NCBI RefSeq assembly: GCF_009914755.1
Contig: NC_060935.1
DNA: 64,000 nucleotides
Strand: one strand, 5' to 3'
Origin: the human T2T-CHM13v2.0 reference genome, Homo sapiens
The translations under genes were made by a program, and so were the position numbers. Under the pieces are notes generated by a model that saw only the letters and a program-made list of their open reading frames with translations, made no database searches and was not told the DNA's origin. Below, piece after piece: positions 43,820 to 62,802 of this stretch. Within the stretch, counting starts at the first letter, position 1; each line of letters starts with the position of its first letter.

Positions 43820-45620
43820 CAATCAGCTTTCACCACACAACATTTCTATAAACATTTTATAAACTCATAATTTTTTTCAATTTTCTTTCTTTCCTCAATT
43901 TTCTATATCCATTCAGTTTTATCGTTTTTTAAATCTCTTCAACTTAAAACAACCTTTAAAAACCTCTGGACAAAATTACTTTCTTTTTAACAAAAAAACA
44001 TATTCTCATGCCTCCTTCATAATCCTTTCTACCAAAAATTCATCCTATTTTTCTTATACACTCTGTATACACAATTGTTTCTCTTATATCTAGTAATTTT
44101 AATTACATTTGTTAATTACAATTTTAACTCTTAGTAACCTTAATTTCTAGTGAAAAACCTAGAAAGTAATTTCGAACTGTTTTATATCAGTAGTTGTAGA
44201 TAAATTTTTTAATTAACATATAAATATAATTAGTTTTTCTATACCACATAAAAACAAGATGCTAAAATATACAAACTTAAACTTATGTTTAGAGATTAAT
44301 AGTTCAGTATTTTAACTTAGAAATAATATTTCAGTATTTTAACTTAGAAGTGACTCTGACATCTTATGCTTATCTATTAATTTAATACAGCATAACTTTA
44401 AAATAACACAGGAATTCTCTCTAATGTCTTCCCCAGTCATCCTGGGTCCCAAGTACCCACATGGCAACGAGGATGGCTGTAAAGGGTGGAGCTCATCTGG
44501 GTCCTGAATTTACATACCAGGTCTAGAGCTTAGGAGAGAGGGCAGAGCTATGAAGAGGATGCCTGGAGGGTCCGACCCTACCCAACATAACCAGGAGGCA
44601 TAGCTTGGCCAGGGAGGATACGTTGGGTTTGCCCTACACCTGACAGCCTAGACACTGTGGACATATGTATGTCTTCAGGCTTCACCAGGGCCACTTGTCT
44701 AGATCCCAGAATCTAAAGGCTCAAACCAAAGATATAAGCTCACAGTAAGATGTGTTCAAGGCTTCAGGGAAGCCCAACAGCCAGCCCTCAGAGCTTTGGC
44801 TCCAAGACAAATCAAACATCAAAAATATCACAGAAATGGCCAGGCATAGCATGGCCATTATAAGCTTATGCTTATATGACTTATGCTTATAATCCCAGCA
44901 TTTTGGGAGGCAAAAGTGGAAGCATCACTTGAGTCCAGGTTTTGAGGCCAGCCTAGGCAAAATAGGGATACCCTGTCTCTACAAAAAATTTAAAAATTAG
45001 CCAGGCATGGTGACACACACCTGTAGTTCTAGCTACTTGGGTGGCTGAGGCAGGAGGATTGCTTGAGCACAGGAGTTCAAGGCTGTAGTGAGCTATGATT
45101 GTGCCACTGCACTCCAGCCCAGGCAACAGAGTAGGACCCTGTCTCAAAAAAAAAAAGAAAGAAAGAAAAGAAAAAAAATTCACAGAAGCAACAGTTTTTT
45201 TGTATGTGTCTTTTTTTTTTTTTTTTTTATAGAGACAAAGTTTCACTATGTTGCCCAGGCTGTTATCAAACTTCCTGGCTCAAGCCATCCTCCTGCCTTG
45301 ACCTCCCAAAGTGCTGAGATTATAGGTGCTAACCACAGTGTTTGGTCACCAAACTCTGTTACCTTAAGACATCTAGTGGAAACAGTATAAATATGTCTCA
45401 CCAAGAGACCTAGGTGAAAATGTCTGAATTATATTTAATACAATTCTGAAGAAATTCTAATTTTATTTTACCAACATTTTAAAAACTAGTTTTAATTACC
45501 AGTGATTACTAAAGTCACGTGAACTTCAAAAGCATTTGGGCTTATTTGCTTAATAAGTGCTCATTTATTCATAAATCAATTTGGCACCATGTAGACAATA
45601 TACAAACATAGGCATGTACC
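43820..45620 (-). mobile_element. MER4-group ERV1 internal sequence, interrupted by an AluJ (~44838-45178, +) and a FLAM (~45200-45345, -)
   Basis: AT-rich motifs typical of the MER4-int group (ttaactcttagtaacc..aatttctagtgaaaaacctag; gattactaaagtcacgtgaac). Confidence 0.6.
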
Positions 45621-46130
45621 CATTGAGGAGAGCAAAATCACGTGGTGATCATTGAACAGGCCCCGGAGACAAAAACTCCTTATCTGAGGAATTTAGAAGG
45701 GAGCAAAGACCACCTGGTGACTATCAAGCAGGCCATCCGGAGGCAAAACTCCTTATCTAGGGAAAATCAGAAGTAATTAAACTTCCCTGGTAGCTAAAGT
45801 CGGCATGTGGTTCCAGGTCTCTTTCAACTTTTATAAGTAACTAAAATTCCTATATATCTCTGGAATGCCATGTGGAAACTCATTTTACAACCCTACGCTC
45901 CTGCCTTATGGTCCATAAATTCTCCATACGCTCCCGCCTTAAGGTCCACAAATTCTCCAGTGAAAAATCCACCACAGCACGCTCAGTCCTCTCACTGAGG
46001 CTTCCCACTGCACTCCTCTGCCACATTCTAATAAACTTTCCTTTTTCAAACCTATACTGGTGCCGATCTTTTTACCGACCTGAGATTCAAACTCCTCCCA
46101 ATTCCAGGGCTCTGACACCTTGCCTGGCAT
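45620..46130 (+). mobile_element. 5' LTR of a class I ERV (MER83/MER84-like)
   Basis: Duplicated unit gagcaaa..cacctggtga..aaaactccttatct and an AATAAA at 46030; directly precedes a leader and gag. Confidence 0.7.
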
Positions 46131-49100
46131 CTTGACCATATGGGGACTTTACTGAGATTTCTCCCTTCTTTGTCCTCCTGCTTCCCTCAGTGGTCTGGTT
46201 CTTCACTTGGGAACCAAAGGCCCTTGGCCAAGGCTGAGATCCTGAAGCCCTAGAGAAGGGATACTTATACTTTGTTGCTGTCCTTAGGGGTGACGGACTA
46301 GCCAGGGTTCTTTTCTGTTTTTGGACTGCCAGTGAGCCAGCTTGAATACTCGTTGGCAATTGAGGGTTTCCGGCTGAGGGCCCTCCCTTGTATTATCTGA
46401 ACTGATGATACCCGATGGCATAACTAAAGAGCGAATTTGCTATTACCCGTCAGGGTGGCAAGTCCACTTTTAACACTCTGTAAATTGTGCCTTGGAAATG
46501 AGCAGCAGTGATCTGAACACTGCACAGACACACTCTACAGGTTGCCGACCCACTTTTGCATTTAACTTCATCACAGGCACCTCATCCCAAGTTACGGGTG
46601 AGTTCTTCACATTAGGCTTGAGCTGACCACTCAAACAAGGGAACAGTTGTACTGGTCATCCAGGAAAGGGTAGGCCCTCTATTTGTGGTGGGACACCCCT
46701 GAATAGAGTGAGTCGAAGGGAAAAGGGACGTCCAAATCCCTCAGGGAAGCCTCGGGGATCTTGTAGTCCCTTACCAAAACCCAACATGGGTTCAATTTAT
46801 TCTTTAATTCATTCCTTCTTGCCATTAGGTTTCAGTCTTAAAAATTGGTCCCATTTTAACCCACAAACTCTCAAAAAAAAAAAGTGTATAATTCTCTTTT
46901 ATAATCAGGGGTCCCATACCTCTGACCTGATGTTCAGGTCTTTTTAGCTTTATCCCAAAACCCAAAATTACATAAAAATCATCGTGTATGCTTCCAAGGA
47001 AGTTCCTCTCTCCCTGATTCTGATGTCTTAGATGATCGTTTCTTTTGTCTATCACACTCTCCTCAGAATGTTACCCCTGCACTTACACCCTCTTCATCTG
47101 TTCCATCCCCCAATCAACTTCCACCATATGCAATACTTTATCCTCCTCACATACTCACACAGGAGTCGCATATGCCACTAGTAGTACAGAGTCCTCAGAA
47201 AATCCCAAAAATATTTTGCCTCTCTGCAAGGTAGCAAATGGAGATTTGGGAACAACGCAAGTTCATTTTTCTTTTCCAATGTCTGATCTTTCACAAATTC
47301 AATCCAAGTTGAGTTCATTTAGCCAGGATCCCTCTAAGTTCATTCAGAAATTTCAGGCTTTAACTATTGCCTTTGATTTAACCTGGCAAGATATATTCGT
47401 GTTATTAACTGTTGTTCTCATGAAGAAAAATCATGTATATAAAAATTTTTGCAATCTATCCATCTGACAAAGGTCTAATGTCCAGAATCTACAAGGAACT
47501 TAAACAAATTTACGAGAAAAAAACAAACAACCCCATCAAAAAGTGGGCAAAGGGTATGAACAGACACTTCTCAAAAGAAGACATTTATGAGATCAACAAA
47601 CATATGAAAAAAAGCTAATTATCACTGGTCATTAAAGAAATGCAAATCAAAACCACAATGAGATATCATCTCACACCAGTTAGAATGGTGATCATTAAAA
47701 AGTCTGGAAACAACAGATGCTGGCAAGGATGCAGAGAAATAGAAATGCTTTTACACTGTTGGTGGGAGTGTAAATTAGTTCATCCATTGTGGAAGACAGT
47801 GTGGCAACTCCTCAAGGATCTAGAACCAGAAATACCATTTGACCCAGCAATCCCATTACTAGGTATATACCCAAAGGATTATAAATCATTCTACTATAAA
47901 GACACATGCACATGTATGTTTATTGCAGCACTATTTACAATAGCAAAGACTTGGAGCCAACCCAAATGCCCATCAATGATAGACTGGATAAAGAAAATGT
48001 GGCACATATACACCATGGAATAATATGCAGCCATAAAGAAGAATGTCCTTTGCAGGGACATGGACGAAGCTGGAAACCTTCATTCTCAGCAAACTAACAC
48101 AGGAACAGAAAACCAAACACTGCATGTTCTCACTCATAAGTAGGAGCTGAGCAATGAGAACACATGGACACAGGGAGGGGAACATCACACACCAGGGCCT
48201 GTTGGGGGGTGGGGCAAAAGGAGAGGGAGAGCATTAGGACAAATATCTAATGCATGCAGGGCTTAAAACCTAGATGACGGGTTGATAGGTGCAGCAAACC
48301 ACCATGGCACATGTATACCTATGTAAAAAACCTGCACGTTCTGCACATGTATCCCGGAACTTAAAGTAAAATAAAAAAAAAATTGATAAACTTCTAAAAA
48401 AAAAAAAGAAAAAGAAAAATCATGCATATGGTCTTAGCTCAAGCTTGGGCAGATGAAGCTCACGCTTGTAATCTTAATGATAACAAAGCTGGGGCAGAAG
48501 CTGTCCACGACACAGAACCCAGCTGGCAGTACCAGGATGCCAATGCCAGCCCAAACAGAGGTGGGGCAGATTAGATTATATGATAACTTGCTTGTTGGAA
48601 GGAATGAAAAAGGCTGTAATAAAACCTGTTAATTTTTCTAAAGTATGAGAAATCACCCAGGAGCCATGAGAATCCTGCCCTTTTCCAAGCTAGACTGGTG
48701 GAGGCTATGAATAAATAAACAAATTTAGACACTGAAAACCCTAAGGGCCAATCCATTCTGGCCATACATTTTATAAGTCAGGCTTCCCGAGACATCAGAC
48801 AAAAACTCCCAAAATTAGATAAAGGTCCACAAACTCCCTTTCTTACATTGTTAAATACAGCCTTTAAGGTTTTCAGTAACTGCGAGGAAACATCAAAAAT
48901 AAAAAAGGCTCAATTGGAGGAGGAAAAATGCTGTTGTCATGCTAATTACATGGTGGCAGCATTGGCGCATTCTTTCTCCTTAGCTAACAACCCCAAGGCT
49001 TGTCCCTATAATACTAATAGTATGGAGGCCTGTCATCGCTGCAGAAATCCAGGACACTGGAGTAGAGAATGTCCCAAACCTCTGGCTTACAAGCTGCTTT

Positions 49101-51790
49101 CAGGACCCTGTCTTCATTTCAAACAAGAGGGCCATTGGAAGAGCGATTGTCCCTCTTTCCCTCATGAGATGGGACCACCTCTTCTTTCTGTGCTGTCATA
49201 GCCACAACCTTGCCAACCTACCTGATGAGAAATTCCTGCAGAACGAGGACTAGGGCAAGGGCAAGGACAAGCACCTCTAACACTATTCCTGGGTTATGCT
49301 CAAGACTTTGAAAGTCATCCTCTAGATGACTGATGGGGCTGTGAGGCTATCCAGGCCCCTGTCTTTTCCACTTCTATGGATGAGCCTCAGATAAATCTGA
49401 TCGTGGCTGAACAAGAAATAATGTTCCTCATAGATACAGGGTCCAACTTTAAACATTTATTGTAACCCAATGTGCCAGTCCTCCATTTCCCTCATGGGTA
49501 TTGAAGGAAAACCCCAATGTAGCTGTTTCACACTGCCACTCCCTTGCAAAATGGAAAACTCATCCTTTAACTACTCCTTTTAGTCCTGCCAAGCTGCCCT
49601 GTTCCATTATTGGGTCATGACTTACTCACAAAATTACAAGCGAATTTACAGTTATAACCTCACCTTCTAGCTGTATTAACTCACACTTCACCAAAAGAGC
49701 CACTGCAGTCAATAGAACCTCACATTCTAAAACAAATGCCATTTGAGGTTTGGAATACATCTGCTCCTGGCCGCTCAATATCAGCTGTTTCTGTCATCAT
49801 TCAGCTTAAAAATCCCAATGAGTTCCTCAGAATCCCCCAATATCCTTGAAACCAGAAGCATGAAAATAGTTAAAGCCTGAAATGACAAAATTTTTAGCCC
49901 ATGGATTACTGAGCTCATGCAACTCACCTTGCAACACTCCTATTTGAGCTGTAAATAAACCAGATGGCTCCTGCCAACTAGTACAGGACCTTAGAATAAT
50001 TAATGAAGCTGTTATTCCTATTCATCCTATCGTCCCAAACCCTTACACCCTTTGTAGATAAATTCCATCTACCACAGCTTGGTTTACTGTACTTGATCTT
50101 AAGAACACCTTTTCCTGCATTCCTATATACCCAGATAGCTATTTTTTTTTTTTTTTTTTTGCCTTTGAAAGGCAAAACCCAGATACTCAAATAACTCAAC
50201 AGTGAACTTGGACAGTTCTGTGCCAGGGATTCAGAGATAACCCCCGCCTTTTTGGACAGGCCCTAGCTAAAGGCCTGTCCACCCTGCAGCCTCTCCCAGA
50301 TAGCAATATACTCCAGTATGTGGATGACCTACTAATCTGTAGTCCTACCAAGGCTGTTTCAGACCAAAATACAGTATTTGTAACTAAACAAATTTGCTAA
50401 CTGTGGGTACAAAGAAGTTTCTTCCAAAGTACAAATATCTGCACAAAGCATTCAATTTTGGGGTCTTAGTTTAACCCCCAGTACAATGAGCCTTTCTAGT
50501 GCCAGTAAAGATCTTACCTTAAAATGACAACCCCTGTAACTAAACAATAGCTTTGGTCCTTTTTGGGTATGTCTGGGTTTTGCAGAATATGGATTCCTTC
50601 CTTCAGAATAATAAGAAAACCTTCATATGAAGCCCTCAAGGGAACTGAGGAACAACCTCTCTTAGGGACTAATGACATGAAGCATGCTCTAAACACTTTA
50701 AAACAGGCTTTAATCTCAGCCCAGCCTTAGCCCTAAAAGATCTGACTAAGTTTTTGCTTTTGTATGTACATGAATGAAGGGGAATTGCTTTGGGTGTCTT
50801 AGCCCAAAATCTGGGGCCCTCTAAGTGCCCTATAACATATTTTTCAAAATTTTAGACTTGATTTCCCAGGGATGGCCCCCTGCTTTGAAGCTTTAGCATC
50901 AGTGGCCCTCTTAGTCCAAAAAAGCCTCAAGCTATATTACTTGCCCCTCCTGGAATCTTACGGTTTTGTAGCACCACCAATAATTATTTAATCCATGTTC
51001 AAGCTTTGGCCCTGTGCCACCTTGATAATTCTCTTCATTATGGTGATTGTATTTTGGGAACAATAGCTCCCACCCAAATCACTGTCTTGAACATAACTCC
51101 AATTCAGAATTTCATTCTAGAAAAAAAGGGCCCTAGGATTTAATGTGGCCACAGTTGTGGGAACTGTCTCACTCTTGCCACTTGGAGGTTTTACTTACCA
51201 TGAAATCACACTACAAGAACTTACCGCCTCCCTTGACATAGCCTTAGCAAAAACTGGCACAAGTATATCAGCGATAGAAAAGTCTTTAGACTCACTAGGA
51301 GGAATGGTTTTTTGTAATGGACAAGCTCAAAATTACCTCCTAGCTGAACAAAGAGGAATCTGTGCTGTCATCAACAAAACTTGTTGCACCTACATTAATG
51401 TATCTGAAAAAATGGAAACTGATACACACACTTTTCCAAAGTAACCAAGACTGGACCAAAACCTTTATTGAAATCACATGGCTTCTTCCATTCTTTAGAC
51501 CTGTATTCCTTGTCATTCTTCTTTTAATATTTTGTCTCTGCCTTTTTATTGCTCTCATTAAGTTTATATCTTCCAGATCACAAAGATTCCACCTATAATG
51601 GCTATGCAATATCAATACCAGCCCGCAACAGCAACTTCCACTTATATGGGGTCTCTTGACGGAATCTGGTCTTCCCCCATGAACGAGTTTTTCATAGCCC
51701 CTCATTCCTTTCATGACAAAGAGCAGAAAAGGGAAAAATGCAACTTATCCCTACATTTTGCCTCAGTTTCTTCTTTTAGTTCAACAAGAT
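46130..51790 (+). mobile_element. Decayed class I (gamma-like) ERV internal region: gag, pro, RT and env TM; RNase H, integrase, most of SU and the 3' LTR are missing
   Basis: Gag FSQDPSKFIQKFQALTIAFDLTWQDI and two zinc knuckles (CHRCRNPGHWSREC; degenerate second); gag stop TGA at 49331; FLIDTG at 49424; LQYVDDLLIC at 50311; env YLLAEQRGICAVINKTCC (CX6CC). Confidence 0.92.
47441..48411 (+). mobile_element. 5'-truncated L1PA (PA7/8-like) inserted in gag
   Basis: ORF2 C-terminus (CWWECKLV) and 3'UTR; 18-bp TSD aagaaaaatcatgYatat at 47423-47440 / 48412-48429. Confidence 0.95.
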
Positions 51791-51795
51791 ATTGT

Positions 51796-52125
51796 AGGAT
51801 TTCCTACTTAGTTTAGCTAAGAGCCAGGTCCTTGTCACACGGCCAATATTAGCCTCGCAGACACTTTGAAGGATGAGAATAGTGGAATTCATTGGGCAAA
51901 AAGGAAAAAATGAGAAACAGGGACTCTCCACACAGCCAAAGTCCCTGTTAGTGTGCTTCCCACCTCACAGATTGAATTCCAGGTTCCACCCAGGAAGAGG
52001 AGGGGCCAGACTCCACCCAACTGCAAAAGGCACGAACTTCTGTGACTCCACCCCAGTGTGCATTCCTCTCAGTGCACAGGCTGGTTGGAGTTTCTCTGGG
52101 GACCCCTTCCCACCTGGCTGTCTCA
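51796..52125 (-). mobile_element. MER61-type LTR
   Basis: Reverse complement begins TGAGACAGCCAGGTGGGAAGGGGTCCCC. Confidence 0.8.
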
Positions 52126-52383
52126 AAAAGAAATGTTTGTAAATTATATGAAGGACTTATATAAGAATATATAAAGAACTCAACTCCATAATAAATAAGA
52201 AGACAAAAGAGTACAATTAAAGAGTGGCAAAAGACTTGCACAGACACTTCTATGAAGACATATAAATGAATTATAAACATAGGAAAAGGTGCTCAAAGTT
52301 CTTAGTCATTAAGTAAATGTAAATTAAAACCACAATGAGATACCAATACACATGCACAAGAATGGCTATCATAAAAAATGAGG

Positions 52384-52699
<316 letters not shown>

Positions 52700-52907
52700 T
52701 TACGTGACTATATTATAGTTCATGGAATGTTAAGAGATAATGTCACCTTTTCCAGGCCTGGCCCATAACACCTTCACACAAGTATTCTTACATTTTTCAA
52801 TTCCAGCTAACTGGACTGGAAACAACCCCAGTGTTACATGGTAGAAATAGAATTCCTGGTCATCCTGTTGACCTGTTTGCCTGCCTGGGAATATAACATT
52901 CCAGTAA

Positions 52908-53201
<294 letters not shown>

Positions 53202-53519
53202 TAATGTTATATGAACAAGAAATAAACTTCTATTCAATTTAAGTGAATATACATTTGGGATGTATTTGTTATAGCAATTTGTTCACCCTAATGAACTCAG
53301 AAATGAATACCTTTAAATGGGATTCTGACTAGCAAAAATTTAAAAATAGAGAGATGGGGCTTAGCCAGATGGATGGTAATATCACAAGGTGAAAAGACAG
53401 CCTACGTTTTTCGAAGGCAAACATTTGAAAAGCTAGTATCAGACCATTCAATCTAATCATATACCCGTTAATTAGACTGAATAGTCTAATACTAGCTTTT
53501 CAATATAAAATAACCAAGG

Positions 53520-53615
53520 AGTATATATATACACATATACACACACTATTTATTAAATAGTGTGTATTTATTAAATGGTTAAATTTGAAATCTTTAAAAG
53601 GCATATACATGTGTG

Positions 53616-53647
<32 letters not shown>

Positions 53648-53750
53648 TATACACACACCCTTTGATTAGATTATATATGTATAGGTATACTATTTATACA
53701 TATGAAATCTATATGTATATATAAAATCTACACATAGATTTTATATATAG
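53520..53750. repeat. (TA)n/(CA)n low-complexity region
   Basis: Directly seen. Confidence 0.85.
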
Positions 53751-54877
53751 ATAATAGAAAGACTAATGATAAAAGTAAAATGGGGATGAATTGGGGGATG
53801 TGATAGAGAAAGGTCTTACAAGAAATTTTTGTACTGGCAATATTGTATTTCATAATCTCAGTGGTGAGTAATGGAAGTTAATTCTATTTTTTTCTTAAAA
53901 ATTTGCATATATGTTTTATGCAGGCTTCTATATGTACAATAAATTTTACTGTTTAAAAAAGTAAAAACATATCGATATTAAGTAGGTTCTATCCCAGGCA
54001 TGTAAATATATTTAACTTATCACATTGAGCTAAAAGTAAAACATTGCATGTGTTTGGAAAATCATTTTATAAAGTTTAATTCCCTTTTATTATCTCAAAT
54101 GAACTCTTGGAAAACTAGTTGTAAAAGGGAATGTCATCAATGTGTTAATGGACTTTCTCTTCTTGAGAAATTATGGACACATTCCTATTAAGGTAAAGAA
54201 TATGATAAGGAAGCTCAACATCATCACTCATTAACAAGAACTTAGAGGTACTGAATAATGCCATAAGAATTGAAAAAAAGGTGTAATCAGAGGGGAAAAA
54301 AGAGAAAAAAGTATCACTATTTGAGATTATATGATTATCTACATGTATAACAAGCTTAATCAAAAGACAAACTATTAGAATTAATAAGAGAGTCCAGCAG
54401 GGTTGTTGGATGTAAGATAAAAGTAGAAAAATGAACAATGTTCCTGTATACCAAAAATAACTAAATAGAAAATGTAATTAACATTTAGATACTTTTCATA
54501 ATAACCACACAATAAACTACATAGTATTCAGCAATTAACGAAGGCTATGTAAGATCTTTCCAGAGAAAATTTGAACTATTTAAAAGGCATAAAATGAGAT
54601 CAGAATAAATGAAGACCCTTACAGTATCAATGAATAGGATGATATAATAAAGATGACAATTCCTCCTAACACAAATTTATAATTTTAATACAATCCCAAT
54701 CAAAATGGCAATTGGCTTTTTTTAGAAGAGAGCTCAGTTGATTGTAAAATTTATATGGGAGAACAGACGTCTATAAAGAAGGATGTGTGCATGTGTGTAC
54801 ACTTAATTTATATTACTTGAACAAATACATCATTAGAACAGAATAAACAAAGAGAGCTCAAATATAAACCTATATTT

Positions 54878-56490
54878 GTGACATCAGCAAGATGGCAGAA
54901 TAGGAAGTTCCAGCCCTCATTGCCTCACAGAAACATTTATTTAACAATGATATAGGGAGACTTTATGAGGCTTAAAAATGCCTTTATGAGAATTCCAGAA
55001 TCCAGTTGAGAAGAATTGTAGTACCCTAGAGCAGCACAAAACTGAGAATAGCTATGTTGAAATGGTGGCCATAGCAGAAAAACACAAAAAAGAATTGACA
55101 TGTCCCATTTAACTTAAACTATTCAAAGATCCCTGCTTGACGCCCTGCAAACACAACTTCTGCTTCACCTGCCTCAGGCAGTTGGAGAGGGAGAACTAGC
55201 ATGTCCTTTCACTTGTTCCCAGTGTCTTGACATCTCTTGGATCCAGAGGATCTAGACCAATATGGCCCTGGGGAAGCTAGTGGCTGAGATCACAGTGATG
55301 ACACTTGTGACACTTGTGCTGAGCATGTTCTGCATGGAGTTCTATGAAAAGATGAGTCTGAATGTGGCCACAAGTAATAACCTCCTCATATTTTCTAATG
55401 ACCTGTGGAGCCTCTTATGGAGATATGTCCAGATGAGACCACCAGAGAATGCCAAGACATTAATCTCTGCTCCTCCTGTCCTAGGGTCCTCGTGCTTCAC
55501 CTCTGGCTGACATTATTAGGAGTTGAAAGTGGGAGAAATAAAAAGATGGATTGCGGGTGTTTGCAGAGAATCTGCATTTCATGAAGAACCTTTCCTAGTA
55601 TCATCAGATCTCTGGTTCTGAGTGGTGAGCCTCAAGAGCGTATGTGAAGTCACTGCTAGCACAGAAACTAGGACGGTTCTCCATGTGAGCCCAAACTTAG
55701 AAGTGGGGATTTTCCTGGACTGTGACCTGAAAACCATTTCATTTTTCAACACGTCTGATAGTTTCCATTTATTCACCTTCACAATATGTCTATCTTGGAG
55801 CCTCTATTTTCACTCTTTGGACCTGGGATCCCAAGAGAGGGTGAGAACATGCAACACATGAAGATCTGTACCAAGGAAGGTATCGATGTCATAATTTGAC
55901 CACAGTCCTCTCAGGGAGCCAGGAAAAGAGGAATATGCAGGATGAAACTGTCAGATCATACACTTTCATCTTTTTTGACATTACCAGGAGTTTATAAGTT
56001 TGAGAAACCATTTGTTTTACTAAAAAGTAAGCTTTAAGATTAGAATTGCAAAAATAAACAATTGATTTTAAAACCTAACTTAATTGTAAATACTGGTCTT
56101 TGCTCAAGATAAAATTGGACCAAACCCAAGAGGCCCACAGTGTGAGGGCTAGTTTTGTTTCTCCTCTTGTGTGTTTCCCAGGGCTACCTCCGTGAACTGC
56201 TGCTTCCTCATGTAACCAAGAACTTGTTTCTGAAGAGTGCCTAGGTTGTCTGTTCATAGGCTCAACCCCCGTGGACTTGAGAAGGAAGGTTTCCTGTGTA
56301 TGCCCCACATGGGGAGGAGAATCACAGGGCTGGAGATATTCAGAGGGACATGGTGTCCAAGGATTAAGTTGGGAAATGAAGGAAAAGTCCAGGAAGAGTC
56401 ATTTGTTGGCATGAACTGAAAGTTGATTCAAAGAGCACAATAAGGCAAATTTTCAGCCTCTTTTCCCTCAAAATTAAATAAAATAAAAAA
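54878..56490 (+). pseudogene. Processed pseudogene of an RFPL4B-like RING + PRY/SPRY (B30.2) protein; decayed CDS ~55062-55899
   Basis: Decayed C3HC4 RING (TCPI*..CKHNFCFTC..TCSQC), PRY (MSLNVATSNNLLIFSNDL) and SPRY motifs (VLGSSCFTSG*HY*ELKVG..W..GVCRE, VGIFLDCD). No B-box and no introns. A-rich tail at 56470-56490; TSD 54861-54877 / 56487-56503 (14/17 identical). Confidence 0.88.
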
Positions 56491-56690
56491 TAGACCTATG
56501 TTTAACCCAAGAACCTAAGGTATGATTTTTAAAATGTCTCCATAAAGCCATGGGGAAATAATGGATTGTTTCACAGATGGTGTTTGGGATACTGACTGTC
56601 CATATGAAAAAGTCAATAAAACGCAAACATAGCATTTTAGCATACACAAGACTAGTCTTCAGAAGAATAACTACCTTAAAGTGAAAGGTA

Positions 56691-62802
<6,112 letters not shown>

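Noticed and set aside
46121-46150. tRNA primer-binding site after the ERV 5' LTR
   Set aside because: Too degenerate to assign a tRNA with confidence.
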